This document shows positions 19,834-29,865 of a DNA stretch of 64,000 nucleotides, piece after piece. Within the stretch, counting starts at the first letter, position 1. Each line of letters starts with the position of its first letter. This DNA is from Leptospira sp. Lineage in GTDB: Bacteria > Spirochaetota > Leptospiria > Leptospirales > Leptospiraceae. A program made the translations under genes and the position numbers. The notes below the pieces were generated by a model. The model did no database searches and had not been told where the DNA came from. It saw only the letters and a program-made list of their open reading frames with translations. Location of the stretch: positions 128,001-192,000 of the forward strand of contig JAWXAQ010000030.1 in the NCBI GenBank assembly GCA_034439575.1, in the 5' to 3' direction.

Positions 19834-22800
19834 AATAAATCCCATAGACTGGGTGATCCTTGAAATTAACTGGCAGAAAATCACCGCTTTCTCTTTCTCC
19901 ATTATTGTTCATATCATACCACTTTCCATCTGTTCCTTTGATGATCAAATTGTAATGATTGCCACCTGGACGATCTTTCCTATCTGTATCTCGATAAACT
20001 TGAACAACTTCACCAGGTTTTCGATCTGCTAAAATGTTGTTTACTTCGACTGTTGTAAATGGTCTTGATACACCAACAATCCCATTGTCAGTAAAATCAA
20101 AATTTGGGGAATTATTTCCCGTTTTCGTTCCAGTAAGATCGAGCCTACTTTCAACTCGGGTTGTATAACCGGCAAGATTATTTTGATCCATAACTGGTTT
20201 AGGTGGACTAGAACTATCTGCTCCGATATCTCCTATCCTAAACTTTGTGATCAGATATTCAGAAAAACTAGCAGACGTTTTGTTGTTTGCCACTGCAAGA
20301 GTATAATTAGCATAAACTTTACATAATTCCGCTGTTGTATTCTTTGCAATCGCGTCAGTCGATGCTGCCTTGTCGCCGAATATATAATTCTTGATAAATT
20401 CGAAGTTTTTACTCCCCGATGGATCTCCTGCAAAAGTAAAATTATCTTTTCCTTGATCCCTGATCGTGGCAAATACAAGTTCCACCATTTTTGACATCCC
20501 ACCATTCTTACTCTGATTGACAATTGTTGGGTCAAGTAACTTATTCATAGCGTTGATTCTGTCTTGTCCTTCCAGAGAAGCAAAACTCCGTCCTTCCAAC
20601 TCTGGCATATTTGCTCGAAGAAACTCGTCTGGTGTTTGATTTGCTCGTTCAATTCCATCAAGTTGAGCCTTTGTCAGACCCTCCACCGTTCTCATATTTT
20701 CTGCTGTATCAGAAAGTGTTTTTTGATACGGTTCCGCGACCTCTGGAATTCTGTCGAATTGGGCCTGTAAATTAGACGAAGAAACCGATATGGGCTCACC
20801 CAATTTGACAGAGTTCAATTTTTCTAATGGTCCATTAAAAGTCTGCGTGGTCGGATCAAAAAATTTCTGATGCAAGAAAGCATTCATCTCGGTTTTCAAT
20901 TTTCCAAAGGAAGTAACCTGAGCAGAAAGTTCATCATTTCGTGTGCGTACTTCTTTAATAATTTGTTTTTCAAGCTGCTGACTTTCAAGATTCGCTTTTT
21001 TATAGTCAACCGATTGATTCTGTAAATCCTTGATCTGTCTCACTAGAGTCATTTCCTCAGGACTTGAACCTTTAATTTGTGAAAGAATCTTCACGAAATC
21101 AGAGTCTTTACTCTTAACATCCAATCTTAAAACTTGTTCTAACAATTTTGGCTTACCATTTAAAAAACCAGATATATTGTTCTCAGACGAATTGCGATTT
21201 AATAACAATTCACTGCTATTTTGCCCACCAAGTTCAAATTTAAGTGTATCAAATGCGTTCTTTGTATCAGTAAGTTTTTGAATCAGCTTTCCTTGCTTGA
21301 CCTCGCTTGGCAATGGCTTAGATAATCTCTCAATGGCGCTCTCTACATTTGATATTTTGTCTCCAAAGTTTGTTTCAAATTCTACCCTATATGCTAATGG
21401 CATAGACTCAGAAATTTTTGAAAATGTATCATGAATTTTTTCTGATGGAGTTTTATTAGGAGTCCCCAATTCCGACGAGCCAAAATACTGAATACCAAGT
21501 GTTGATCTGATGAAACCCCCACCCGAATTGTCTGTCACATAAACCACATTAGGCTCTCCTCCGAGACCAGATGTCTGCCTTACATTATCAAAAATAGCCA
21601 TATCGCTTGCGTTAGGTGTGCGTATACTTGTTTCACCTGTGATTTCATTTAAAACGACTGTTTGCAATCGACCATTTTCATCTTGTCGAATTGCTTTCAA
21701 TGAACCATCTGCTTCACGACCATAAATTATACCTGAATCAGGATCTACCCAGTATCCATCTCGATCGATACCTTCATACATTTTTCGTCTTCGTGTTTCA
21801 ATCGCATCAACAGCTACGTTATTATTTGTTGTATTGTTAGGCGCCGCATTCCCAGCCCCTCTTCCTAGTCCAACGAACGCTAACAAGGCGGCACTTGTCG
21901 TGCCTAAGATTCCCATAGTTGCATCAGCAATCCCATCAGCACTGATCATGCCATCTATATGGTTAAGTGCCAAGCTTCTATCATATTCTGACATTCTATT
22001 GATTTGGTCAGATGTATACTGTCCGCTTTCCACTATTCGATTAGTATCTATGATACGAATGGCATTCTCTCTTGCTATGGGATCCATTCCACGAATTTGG
22101 TCTTCCGTATAATATGATCTAAGTTTAATATCTGCAGCTCTCGCTCTCTCGGCATCCCCCGTCATATCTTGCGCCAAATTGATATTTTGCTCAGCCCAAT
22201 TCATCTCATCATACTGGAAGCCATCTTCTGTCATTGTCGCTAAATTTACACCATGTAACTGTAGTGAGTTCGACAATCCGTTAGTGTCAATGGTAGCATT
22301 ATAGCCAAGTCCCGTAGCACTATCTGTATAGCCTACTGTTCCGGATACTTGCCCTCTATTTGTATCATAGTTCGCTCCAAAATTCCAACCTCGTCTTGGT
22401 CCTTCATTACTTGGATTATAGTTTACCCCTACTGTAGTTGAACCGTTAGTCGTTGAAGAGCCTGTTACTTGAACTCCTTCTATTGACGTATTATAAGACG
22501 CGTTAATGGTTGTATTTCCCCTCTGAGAAAAGGATATACTCGCATTAGTCATATCACCACCGATTCCGATCATACCGCCCCAACCAGCTCGCCTATCGTA
22601 GGTAACTCCAAGACCAAGTGTCGTACCGGATAATATACCGGTTCCGCTGCTGAATGTAAAGTTCCCATTAGCAGTCATCGCTCCTAAAAATCCGTTTGCA
22701 AAGCCTGCAAGCATGCCTTGCGTTCCATTCCGACTACCATCTATCGTCTGTACGGCTCCGTTTAGAATCGCGGCCGTTAATCTAGCACTGCCAGATACAG

Positions 22801-25800
22801 CGTTCATTGTTCCTTGCAATGCAGGGCCAAATGCACCTGCCGCTCCTAATGTTACAGCTGTTGTAACGGTAGTGATCGCAGTTGACCGAACAGCTTCTGC
22901 TCTTGCTTTTTTATCAGCACGACTTTGTTCATAACGACTTACGGTATTCCTTAGAGATGCATTTAATATTTCTTTTTCATCGTCTGTCATACCGACTGAC
23001 AGTGCCTCAACGGCCATCCTTTGACCAAGTTCCTTAGTAAAACCTTTCTTGTCTTTAATGGATGGTGTAGAACTCGTATAACTAGTACCAGGTGCTTTCA
23101 TACCAGATGCTTGATTCATAAAAGCATTTCCTTGTGCCTCGAGTGTACTATCACGAGTAGTTGAGAAAAGAACGCGTGTGGAATCACTAATCATCTCTTG
23201 AATGTCCCTTTCAGGCACTCCAACTGCGACCATTGCTGTTTTCACAATACCTCCTCCTATTCCCATGACTTGAGACATTATATTCATAACCGGATTAGCA
23301 TTGATCGCTTGGCGTGTTTTTTTGGCTTTTTTTGCTCCATAATAATCAGCGATTGCATTTCCTACGACTTCGAGCGGAAGGCCGGTAGATGTTGCTACTG
23401 CTTGTGTTCCAATGGACTGTATGATTGATTGTTCATTCGCCTTAATCGCTGCTAGTTTGTCTTTAGATCGTGTACTGGCATTAATAGTTGCCTCGTATTT
23501 CTTCTCTCCGACCGCTGATTTGTACATTACTGAAGCCATAATACCTCCAGAAGAAAACATTTGTGTAAAGGCGATAGCTGGCGTTAGGATAGCACTGCCA
23601 ATATCCGCCTTCTTAATCTTCCTTTCTTGCACCTTACCTTTCATAAAACTTAGAGCTTGTGCAAGCTGTCCTATCTGGCTTTCATCGGCACCTGTAGCTC
23701 GTGCAAACGCTGTGGCGATATCCATATTGATCTTATCTTCTATCTTGCCTTTGATTGCACCCTTAACTCCCGCCATACCACCGCTAATGTAGGCAATAAT
23801 GAGATCCTTCACAAGTGAATCGTGATTTTCTTGTTCTGTTTTGGCCTTTTGGAATTTCCTTTCGTTAGCGGATTCTACAGAACGAATATCGGCCACAAGA
23901 CTTCCGACGATAGAATTGTCTTTGGCCAATTGTTTAGTATAAAAATTGTTCATCACGGCATTTGCTTGGGCACTAAAATCTTTCCAATCTGCTTGTTCCC
24001 ACACATCGAATAAATCTTTGCCAGTAGGCATAGTAACGGGCGCGACATTGGAAAGTGCTATCGTTCTAGTTTCCGATTGTCGACCACTTAAATATTTTCC
24101 AGAGGCATCTCTACCTTCAATGCGCCCATTGCTAATAACTTTAGTAAGTGTCGCAACTTTGGTTGCTGTATTAAATTTTACTTCGAAATCTTCTCGTAAT
24201 AATCTCCCCCCACCCTCGACACTTACACAATTATGTGGGTTCGCATAACAAGATCCAACTCTTTCTTTTTGTTCCTTGGTGAGTAATTTCTTATCTGCTT
24301 CGGAAAGAATATCTAATTTAATTCTATCTTCTAGATCACCATAGGATCTAACAATCATCCCATCCTGGTATTCATATCCGTCTTTTTTTAACTCATTCAG
24401 AGTCCAGCCATGAACTAAACCAAAGCAGTTAGCATCTTTGCCATGTTCTACTTTACAGGCTGCCATTTGTTTTTCATATCCCTTGGTATCTGTCAGAAGT
24501 TTCAAAGCATGATTCACTTTGGCATCACCCACAAAGTTCCCATTCTCATCAAATCGTCCCACCGCCCGATCTTCCCAGCGGATTCCAAAAGCTTGTCGAT
24601 TTAGCATTGTCCTCTGTTCGGCGATCGCATTCTCTTCGTTTTTAGAATTTACGGATAACAATTGTGAATATTGATAAACACCATTTACGGTTGTTTGCAA
24701 AATTTGAGTTATATCTTTATTACCTATATTGAGGGAAGTATTTACTGTGATTTGCGATTCTGCATTGAAAAGATTCACACCATTCACTGTTTCTGAAATC
24801 AGAGATGTTAGATTTGCAGAAAAAGATGAGGTCACACTCGCTATATCCGTATTAGTTGGAGTAGAATCCTGATATGCTGATTTTAATTTAATCTGTGCTA
24901 TATTTTGGAATTGGTTTGCATCTCTGGTACTGCGAACAGAGACAGATTGTCTCTCTAGGTTATCCCATTCGCTCTGTCCTTGGATAAACTCATCTTGGAT
25001 TTTTGATAGCCATCGCTGTTTTCTCTCATCCAATGCGGCAAGAGCCGTTTCCCTTTCCTGTGTCGCCTGCGTGCGTGTTAAATCAGCTTTAACCTTCCAT
25101 GCTGTATAAAAGTCATTATAATCTTTTACTTGTGATTCCCAAGCTGTCGCCGCTGGGATAAGGTTCATTTCATAATTATTTATCTGATTATTTAGAGAAT
25201 TTTTGATTCCATTCCAATAAGTGGTATGAGCATCTTTATTGGCATCATATACTTCGTAAGCTAGGGCAAAGGTCACATGATCCATTTGGAATGCTGTTGC
25301 AGTAGGACCTCGCAACAAAAAATAGGTCCGATAATCGAATCCATTTTGCCTATCCATATTCATATTACCTTGCTTAACCGCATTGTTATCACATGGCAAT
25401 GGGACTATACATTCCGATCCACCTTTGGCGATACCAGTCCAACCTAAATTATCTCCCACCGCATGTTTATTCGCAAAGGCAGTATCTCGGGTATAAATAT
25501 TATAATATACATTTGTTCCTGTGCGAATCGACTGATCGGAACTTAAATAACGCTGTAATAAAGCTTGTATACCTGCTTGGTTGCCAGTATGCATATAGTG
25601 AAGTAGTTCGATATGATCTCCTACTCCTAATGAATAATTAAAAGGATTATTGTTAAAATCCGCAGCTAGACCCCATGCAAATTCACTAGATATATTTTTC
25701 CAATGTTCATATCCTGCATGATTGATAGTCCCTATCATATTTAAAAGTGAGGAAGGAGCAATGCTTGTCCTATCATTAAATTTATTATAAACTTGATATA

Positions 25801-26797
25801 TTTGAGATTGATAACTCGTATAATTTGAATTTGCTGTCAATCGCTGACTCGTTAAATAAGTATTCAAATTTGTAGCAAGGGTACTTATTGAAAACGATGG
25901 TGAGATCGTAGTTGAATCCACTTCTGTTCTAATTGCATTCACCAATGCTTGTAAGGTGGCCCCTGCTGTATTGATCACACCATTATTATCACGATAGGCA
26001 CATCCGTCTGCCACCGAACATGCTGCGTTCAATTCTACTTGGAAGCCATCAATCATATCTTTAATCGCTCTTTTAACTTCCTTTTTATACTTGTCTATTT
26101 CCGTTAATTGGCTTTGGAAGTTAGTATCCGATCCATCAAGAGAGTTAATCACCTCCGCATAATTTCTTTCAATTTGATCTGCGGCTTGCGTAAAATCATA
26201 ATTCCCCTGAACATAGCGATCGCTATACACAGACTCCCATTCCGATCTCGCTTCCAACATTTGATTTTGCAAGGCAGCTTGATTAACAGTTTCATTAGTC
26301 ACATTTCCTAACAGAGAACTTTGCACGATTAGGCGATCAAAATATACTTCATTCACGCGACCAGTATTCAGCCTTGCTATAAACTCACTTTTGTTTTGTA
26401 ATAAATCTAAATTTGCATTCTGTTCCCAAACATTCAAAGCATCTTCTTTTTGTGAAAATAATGATCTCTCCACGTAATCTTTGTATGCCGCCACATCGTT
26501 AATTGCATCGCTACTAGTAATAGAATCTACATAGTCATAGATTGCATCGTCTACCGATGCTTCCCAGGCTCCTCGAATCAATCCTTGATAGTAAGTTATC
26601 TGCTCAGACCAGGTGGTTAAGGAATTCAAAAAATAACTGTGTCCATAAACTTCGCTCATTAGGTTGGGATCATATTGGCTTATATTCAAATTTAGAACTG
26701 TTGCTTGTGAAAAAATAGATTGGATAAAGAAAAAGACAATGATTACAATCGAAACGATAAAATTTTTTCTGCCAACAAACGATAATTTATCTTTCAA
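19823..26797 (-). CDS. Giant secreted polymorphic-toxin-like protein (2324 aa), resembling Leptospira TIGR04388-type large proteins; papain-like C-terminal domain
   Basis: TTG start after GAGG; Sec signal; long helical N-region; Gly/Ala-rich hydrophobic helices and amphipathic beta segment; C-terminal LCKVYA..GNHYNLI..WYD; followed by an overlapping small lipoprotein and an orphan tip. Family name from recall, not a search. Confidence 0.78.
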   Translation of the reverse strand: MKDKLSFVGRKNFIVSIVIIVFFFIQSIFSQATVLNLNISQYDPNLMSEVYGHSYFLNSLTTWSEQITYYQGLIRGAWEASVDDAIYDYVDSITSSDAINDVAAYKDYVERSLFSQKEDALNVWEQNANLDLLQNKSEFIARLNTGRVNEVYFDRLIVQSSLLGNVTNETVNQAALQNQMLEARSEWESVYSDRYVQGNYDFTQAADQIERNYAEVINSLDGSDTNFQSQLTEIDKYKKEVKRAIKDMIDGFQVELNAACSVADGCAYRDNNGVINTAGATLQALVNAIRTEVDSTTISPSFSISTLATNLNTYLTSQRLTANSNYTSYQSQIYQVYNKFNDRTSIAPSSLLNMIGTINHAGYEHWKNISSEFAWGLAADFNNNPFNYSLGVGDHIELLHYMHTGNQAGIQALLQRYLSSDQSIRTGTNVYYNIYTRDTAFANKHAVGDNLGWTGIAKGGSECIVPLPCDNNAVKQGNMNMDRQNGFDYRTYFLLRGPTATAFQMDHVTFALAYEVYDANKDAHTTYWNGIKNSLNNQINNYEMNLIPAATAWESQVKDYNDFYTAWKVKADLTRTQATQERETALAALDERKQRWLSKIQDEFIQGQSEWDNLERQSVSVRSTRDANQFQNIAQIKLKSAYQDSTPTNTDIASVTSSFSANLTSLISETVNGVNLFNAESQITVNTSLNIGNKDITQILQTTVNGVYQYSQLLSVNSKNEENAIAEQRTMLNRQAFGIRWEDRAVGRFDENGNFVGDAKVNHALKLLTDTKGYEKQMAACKVEHGKDANCFGLVHGWTLNELKKDGYEYQDGMIVRSYGDLEDRIKLDILSEADKKLLTKEQKERVGSCYANPHNCVSVEGGGRLLREDFEVKFNTATKVATLTKVISNGRIEGRDASGKYLSGRQSETRTIALSNVAPVTMPTGKDLFDVWEQADWKDFSAQANAVMNNFYTKQLAKDNSIVGSLVADIRSVESANERKFQKAKTEQENHDSLVKDLIIAYISGGMAGVKGAIKGKIEDKINMDIATAFARATGADESQIGQLAQALSFMKGKVQERKIKKADIGSAILTPAIAFTQMFSSGGIMASVMYKSAVGEKKYEATINASTRSKDKLAAIKANEQSIIQSIGTQAVATSTGLPLEVVGNAIADYYGAKKAKKTRQAINANPVMNIMSQVMGIGGGIVKTAMVAVGVPERDIQEMISDSTRVLFSTTRDSTLEAQGNAFMNQASGMKAPGTSYTSSTPSIKDKKGFTKELGQRMAVEALSVGMTDDEKEILNASLRNTVSRYEQSRADKKARAEAVRSTAITTVTTAVTLGAAGAFGPALQGTMNAVSGSARLTAAILNGAVQTIDGSRNGTQGMLAGFANGFLGAMTANGNFTFSSGTGILSGTTLGLGVTYDRRAGWGGMIGIGGDMTNASISFSQRGNTTINASYNTSIEGVQVTGSSTTNGSTTVGVNYNPSNEGPRRGWNFGANYDTNRGQVSGTVGYTDSATGLGYNATIDTNGLSNSLQLHGVNLATMTEDGFQYDEMNWAEQNINLAQDMTGDAERARAADIKLRSYYTEDQIRGMDPIARENAIRIIDTNRIVESGQYTSDQINRMSEYDRSLALNHIDGMISADGIADATMGILGTTSAALLAFVGLGRGAGNAAPNNTTNNNVAVDAIETRRRKMYEGIDRDGYWVDPDSGIIYGREADGSLKAIRQDENGRLQTVVLNEITGETSIRTPNASDMAIFDNVRQTSGLGGEPNVVYVTDNSGGGFIRSTLGIQYFGSSELGTPNKTPSEKIHDTFSKISESMPLAYRVEFETNFGDKISNVESAIERLSKPLPSEVKQGKLIQKLTDTKNAFDTLKFELGGQNSSELLLNRNSSENNISGFLNGKPKLLEQVLRLDVKSKDSDFVKILSQIKGSSPEEMTLVRQIKDLQNQSVDYKKANLESQQLEKQIIKEVRTRNDELSAQVTSFGKLKTEMNAFLHQKFFDPTTQTFNGPLEKLNSVKLGEPISVSSSNLQAQFDRIPEVAEPYQKTLSDTAENMRTVEGLTKAQLDGIERANQTPDEFLRANMPELEGRSFASLEGQDRINAMNKLLDPTIVNQSKNGGMSKMVELVFATIRDQGKDNFTFAGDPSGSKNFEFIKNYIFGDKAASTDAIAKNTTAELCKVYANYTLAVANNKTSASFSEYLITKFRIGDIGADSSSPPKPVMDQNNLAGYTTRVESRLDLTGTKTGNNSPNFDFTDNGIVGVSRPFTTVEVNNILADRKPGEVVQVYRDTDRKDRPGGNHYNLIIKGTDGKWYDMNNNGERESGDFLPVNFKDHPVYGIYYDK
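22102..22129 (+). other. dif-like recombination site embedded in frame in the giant gene (attB/attI equivalent)
   Basis: CTTCCGTATAA-TATGAT-CTAAGTTTAAT; left arm identical to 18916-18926 and in the same codon phase (Y-T-E). Confidence 0.78.
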
Positions 26798-26946
26798 TAT
26801 ACGTTACCTCTCTTTCCAATGAAACAAAAAATATCTTTATATATTCATTATATATAATTTACTTATTAACATTTCTTGGATTGAAAGGTGATAAAATTTG
26901 GATTTTGGGCCTGAACTTTTCTTTTTTTAGAAAATTTTCTTTATTT

Positions 26947-29865
26947 TTAAAAAAAGGTTCTAATTTTAAAAAAATAAACTTCAAAATAACTATGTATTTT
27001 TATATTAAATTTTGCCTCCCAATCTCTAATGATAAAGACAGTGAAAATATATAGAATAAATTGCATGCTGATCATTAAAATTAGGTAAAAAAAACTAATA
27101 ACCGCTTGAGGTAACATTAGGATGAATAATAACAATAGACATTCGAAAATGAAAGTCATTCTATTTATATGTGCAAGCGGACGTTCACCGAACCATAACA
27201 ATATTGGTTGGGATAATAGAATTCCAATCTGAAAAGATATATTTAAGCTAGTAGAAAAGAAAAATTGTAAAAGAAAAAAGGAAATAATATATGGAATAAA
27301 AAAATGAAATACCCAATGAATAGGTTCAATACTATTTTTATATATTAAAAATATTGTAAAAAACAAAAGCGAAGGATAAATCAAAAAAAATATTTTCTTT
27401 GAATAAAATTCGTTAGTTGATGCATTATCCGCCGATTCGATTCGATAACCTTCAGGTATTGAAATTTTTTTTACATAACCAATTAATTCATCTTTATCCG
27501 ATTGTCGATTTCCTTCTAATTTTACAGTAAAACTCAAATTACGCTGTCTATTTTTATGGTAATACTTTAATGGAATATTTTTTTCCTGAACTTTAACAAT
27601 TTCAGATATCGGTATAAATTCTCCTTTTTTATTTTTAATTCGTATAGATTTGAAATCACTTTTTGTATTTCTAAATTTTTCCATAAAACGTACTCGAATA
27701 TCTATTTCTTTTTCTGAACTAATGTATTTAGATATTACCCCACCTTGCAAAGCCAGACGGAGCTCATCACCAAATGTTTGTATATTTAAATCTGACGCAT
27801 GCAAGGCTTCGAAACTTGGAAAAAGTTGTAATTCTGTTCTAGCTTGTTTGTATCTCAAAACGACTTCATTCACATTCTCTAAATATTTTAATTTTTCTGA
27901 AATATTTTGGGTTAAGGATTCTAATTCTTTTTGATCATATCCAATCACATCAAAAGTTACTTCGGAAAAACTATTCGAATTTTCTTCGATTGCAAAAAAA
28001 AGAAAACCATCTGCAGTAGATCCAATTTTTTGCTTCAAACCAATTATTAATTCTGAATCAGGCAAATATCCGTCACTTAATGTTATTATTAAAAGTGCAT
28101 GCCCCGGTTCAATTTTTGAAATAACTTGTGCGACTTCTTCAAATTCCTTTAACTTTTTTTCAACTTGCAATGATACTTCATCCGTATGGGAATAAGATGT
28201 CCCAGAAGGAAATTCTAAAAAAGCCACCAATTCATTGTTATCTGAATTTAATGAATTCAAAAACTCGAGTTTAGTAATTGAAAATAATCCCAAAAGTATT
28301 AAAAATATTAAGCTCAAAGGAAATAACTTTTGATTTGAAAGTAATGGAACTGTGATTTTTTCTCTAAATTTAAATAGCCAAGCATTTAAAAATTTATATA
28401 TTTTTTTATTTAGGAATATTAACTTTTTCGATTTTTTAATATCTTTTATAAATTTAAAAATTAAAATGTAAGAACTTATAGCATAATAATCTAACAGAAT
28501 GAACGCACATATACCATATAATAAAAAACTAAAATAAAATCTAAACAATTCCCTGGAAATGAAGGCAGAAAATCCCAAAGAAAAAATTAAATAAATACAA
28601 AATTTTCCGATTTTACGGAAAGAATTAAATTGAATGGAGTTCGTATTAAATTTGAGATCTATAGAACGAAAATTATACCAAAACAAAGATCCTAATACAA
28701 TTCCGTAACAATTGGCTAGATTACATTTACCACCGAACAAATATGTGATGAATATGATTGCATAAAATGTAAAAGGAATTGAAATAAAAAACAAAATAAA
28801 GAAAATTTGATTTTGTTTATAATATAAAACAAAAATCATCAAAATAGATATAAGTATGATTACACTAAGACCAAAATATGTATTTGAAATTATTAACGAA
28901 TCATCTTGGTTATAATCGACATCAAGGCCGATATCATTTTGAACTGAGGTAATCTTTTTGATTTGATTCGCTATATAAAGTGGATCGCCAGATTCATTTT
29001 TATATAAAAATATTGAAACTTTTTCGGTAGCATTTAATCTTGCACCAACAAAATCATCTCTCGGAGAATACCCCACAGTAGCAATGTCTTTTAGATAAAC
29101 ATATTTTCCTTTTTGATCTACACTTAACGGAAGTTCATTCAATTCCAATATCTGATTTATTTTTTCACGAAGTGTTAATGAAATTAATTCTATGTTAGTA
29201 GATATTTTTCCTAATGATATGCTTGTATTCTTATCTTGAATTTTATTTACAATATCTCGCAAACTAAATTGGTAAGACTCAATCTGATGAGCATCACATG
29301 AAATCAATATTTCTCGAATTTTTCCACCCGCCACTATCACCAGGCTTAGTCCATCTATTGATTCATAAGCTCTCTTAAGTTTTTTCTCTACAATTTCTCT
29401 CAATTCATCTTGAGTTAAGTTCTCTTTTGAAAATGAAATGACCATCAAAGGGGAATTAGTCGGATCATGTCGAAATACTTGAGGCTTATGTACTTCTTTC
29501 GAAAAATTAGAATTAATTAAATCAAGTTTTTCTCGAAATTCCAAAGATTTCAATTTTAAATCAACATTTTCATCCATCTGAATTTGCAAAAGGGAACTAC
29601 CATCTTCAGAAACGGATGTTATTTTATGAACTCCTCCTACTTGTGATATAACTCTTTCTATAGGAGATGTGATATCACTTTCAATTTTTGAAGCATCAAA
29701 GCCATTTGCTTCCGTACGAATGGCAATACCCGGATAAACCTTTTTATCTTCTCGTTTAAAAGTAATTTTCTGGAATGATAAAATACCCAACAGAACCAAA
29801 AATAATCCAAACATTAGCATTAAAGTTGGATTTATTTTTTGAATCTTAAGAAATAAATTAACCAT
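26947..29865 (-). CDS. Divergent AcrB/SwrC-like RND permease subunit
   Basis: Porter domain motifs (ITSPIERVISQVGGV, GGKIREI, LEFPSGTS, VRF) but poorly conserved TM segments. Confidence 0.8.
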   Translation of the reverse strand: MVNLFLKIQKINPTLMLMFGLFLVLLGILSFQKITFKREDKKVYPGIAIRTEANGFDASKIESDITSPIERVISQVGGVHKITSVSEDGSSLLQIQMDENVDLKLKSLEFREKLDLINSNFSKEVHKPQVFRHDPTNSPLMVISFSKENLTQDELREIVEKKLKRAYESIDGLSLVIVAGGKIREILISCDAHQIESYQFSLRDIVNKIQDKNTSISLGKISTNIELISLTLREKINQILELNELPLSVDQKGKYVYLKDIATVGYSPRDDFVGARLNATEKVSIFLYKNESGDPLYIANQIKKITSVQNDIGLDVDYNQDDSLIISNTYFGLSVIILISILMIFVLYYKQNQIFFILFFISIPFTFYAIIFITYLFGGKCNLANCYGIVLGSLFWYNFRSIDLKFNTNSIQFNSFRKIGKFCIYLIFSLGFSAFISRELFRFYFSFLLYGICAFILLDYYAISSYILIFKFIKDIKKSKKLIFLNKKIYKFLNAWLFKFREKITVPLLSNQKLFPLSLIFLILLGLFSITKLEFLNSLNSDNNELVAFLEFPSGTSYSHTDEVSLQVEKKLKEFEEVAQVISKIEPGHALLIITLSDGYLPDSELIIGLKQKIGSTADGFLFFAIEENSNSFSEVTFDVIGYDQKELESLTQNISEKLKYLENVNEVVLRYKQARTELQLFPSFEALHASDLNIQTFGDELRLALQGGVISKYISSEKEIDIRVRFMEKFRNTKSDFKSIRIKNKKGEFIPISEIVKVQEKNIPLKYYHKNRQRNLSFTVKLEGNRQSDKDELIGYVKKISIPEGYRIESADNASTNEFYSKKIFFLIYPSLLFFTIFLIYKNSIEPIHWVFHFFIPYIISFFLLQFFFSTSLNISFQIGILLSQPILLWFGERPLAHINRMTFIFECLLLLFILMLPQAVISFFYLILMISMQFILYIFTVFIIRDWEAKFNIKIHSYFEVYFFKIRTFF

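Noticed and set aside
20251-26311. Numerous short ORFs overlapping the giant gene
   Set aside because: Antisense or off-frame shadows of a long ORF with no independent features.
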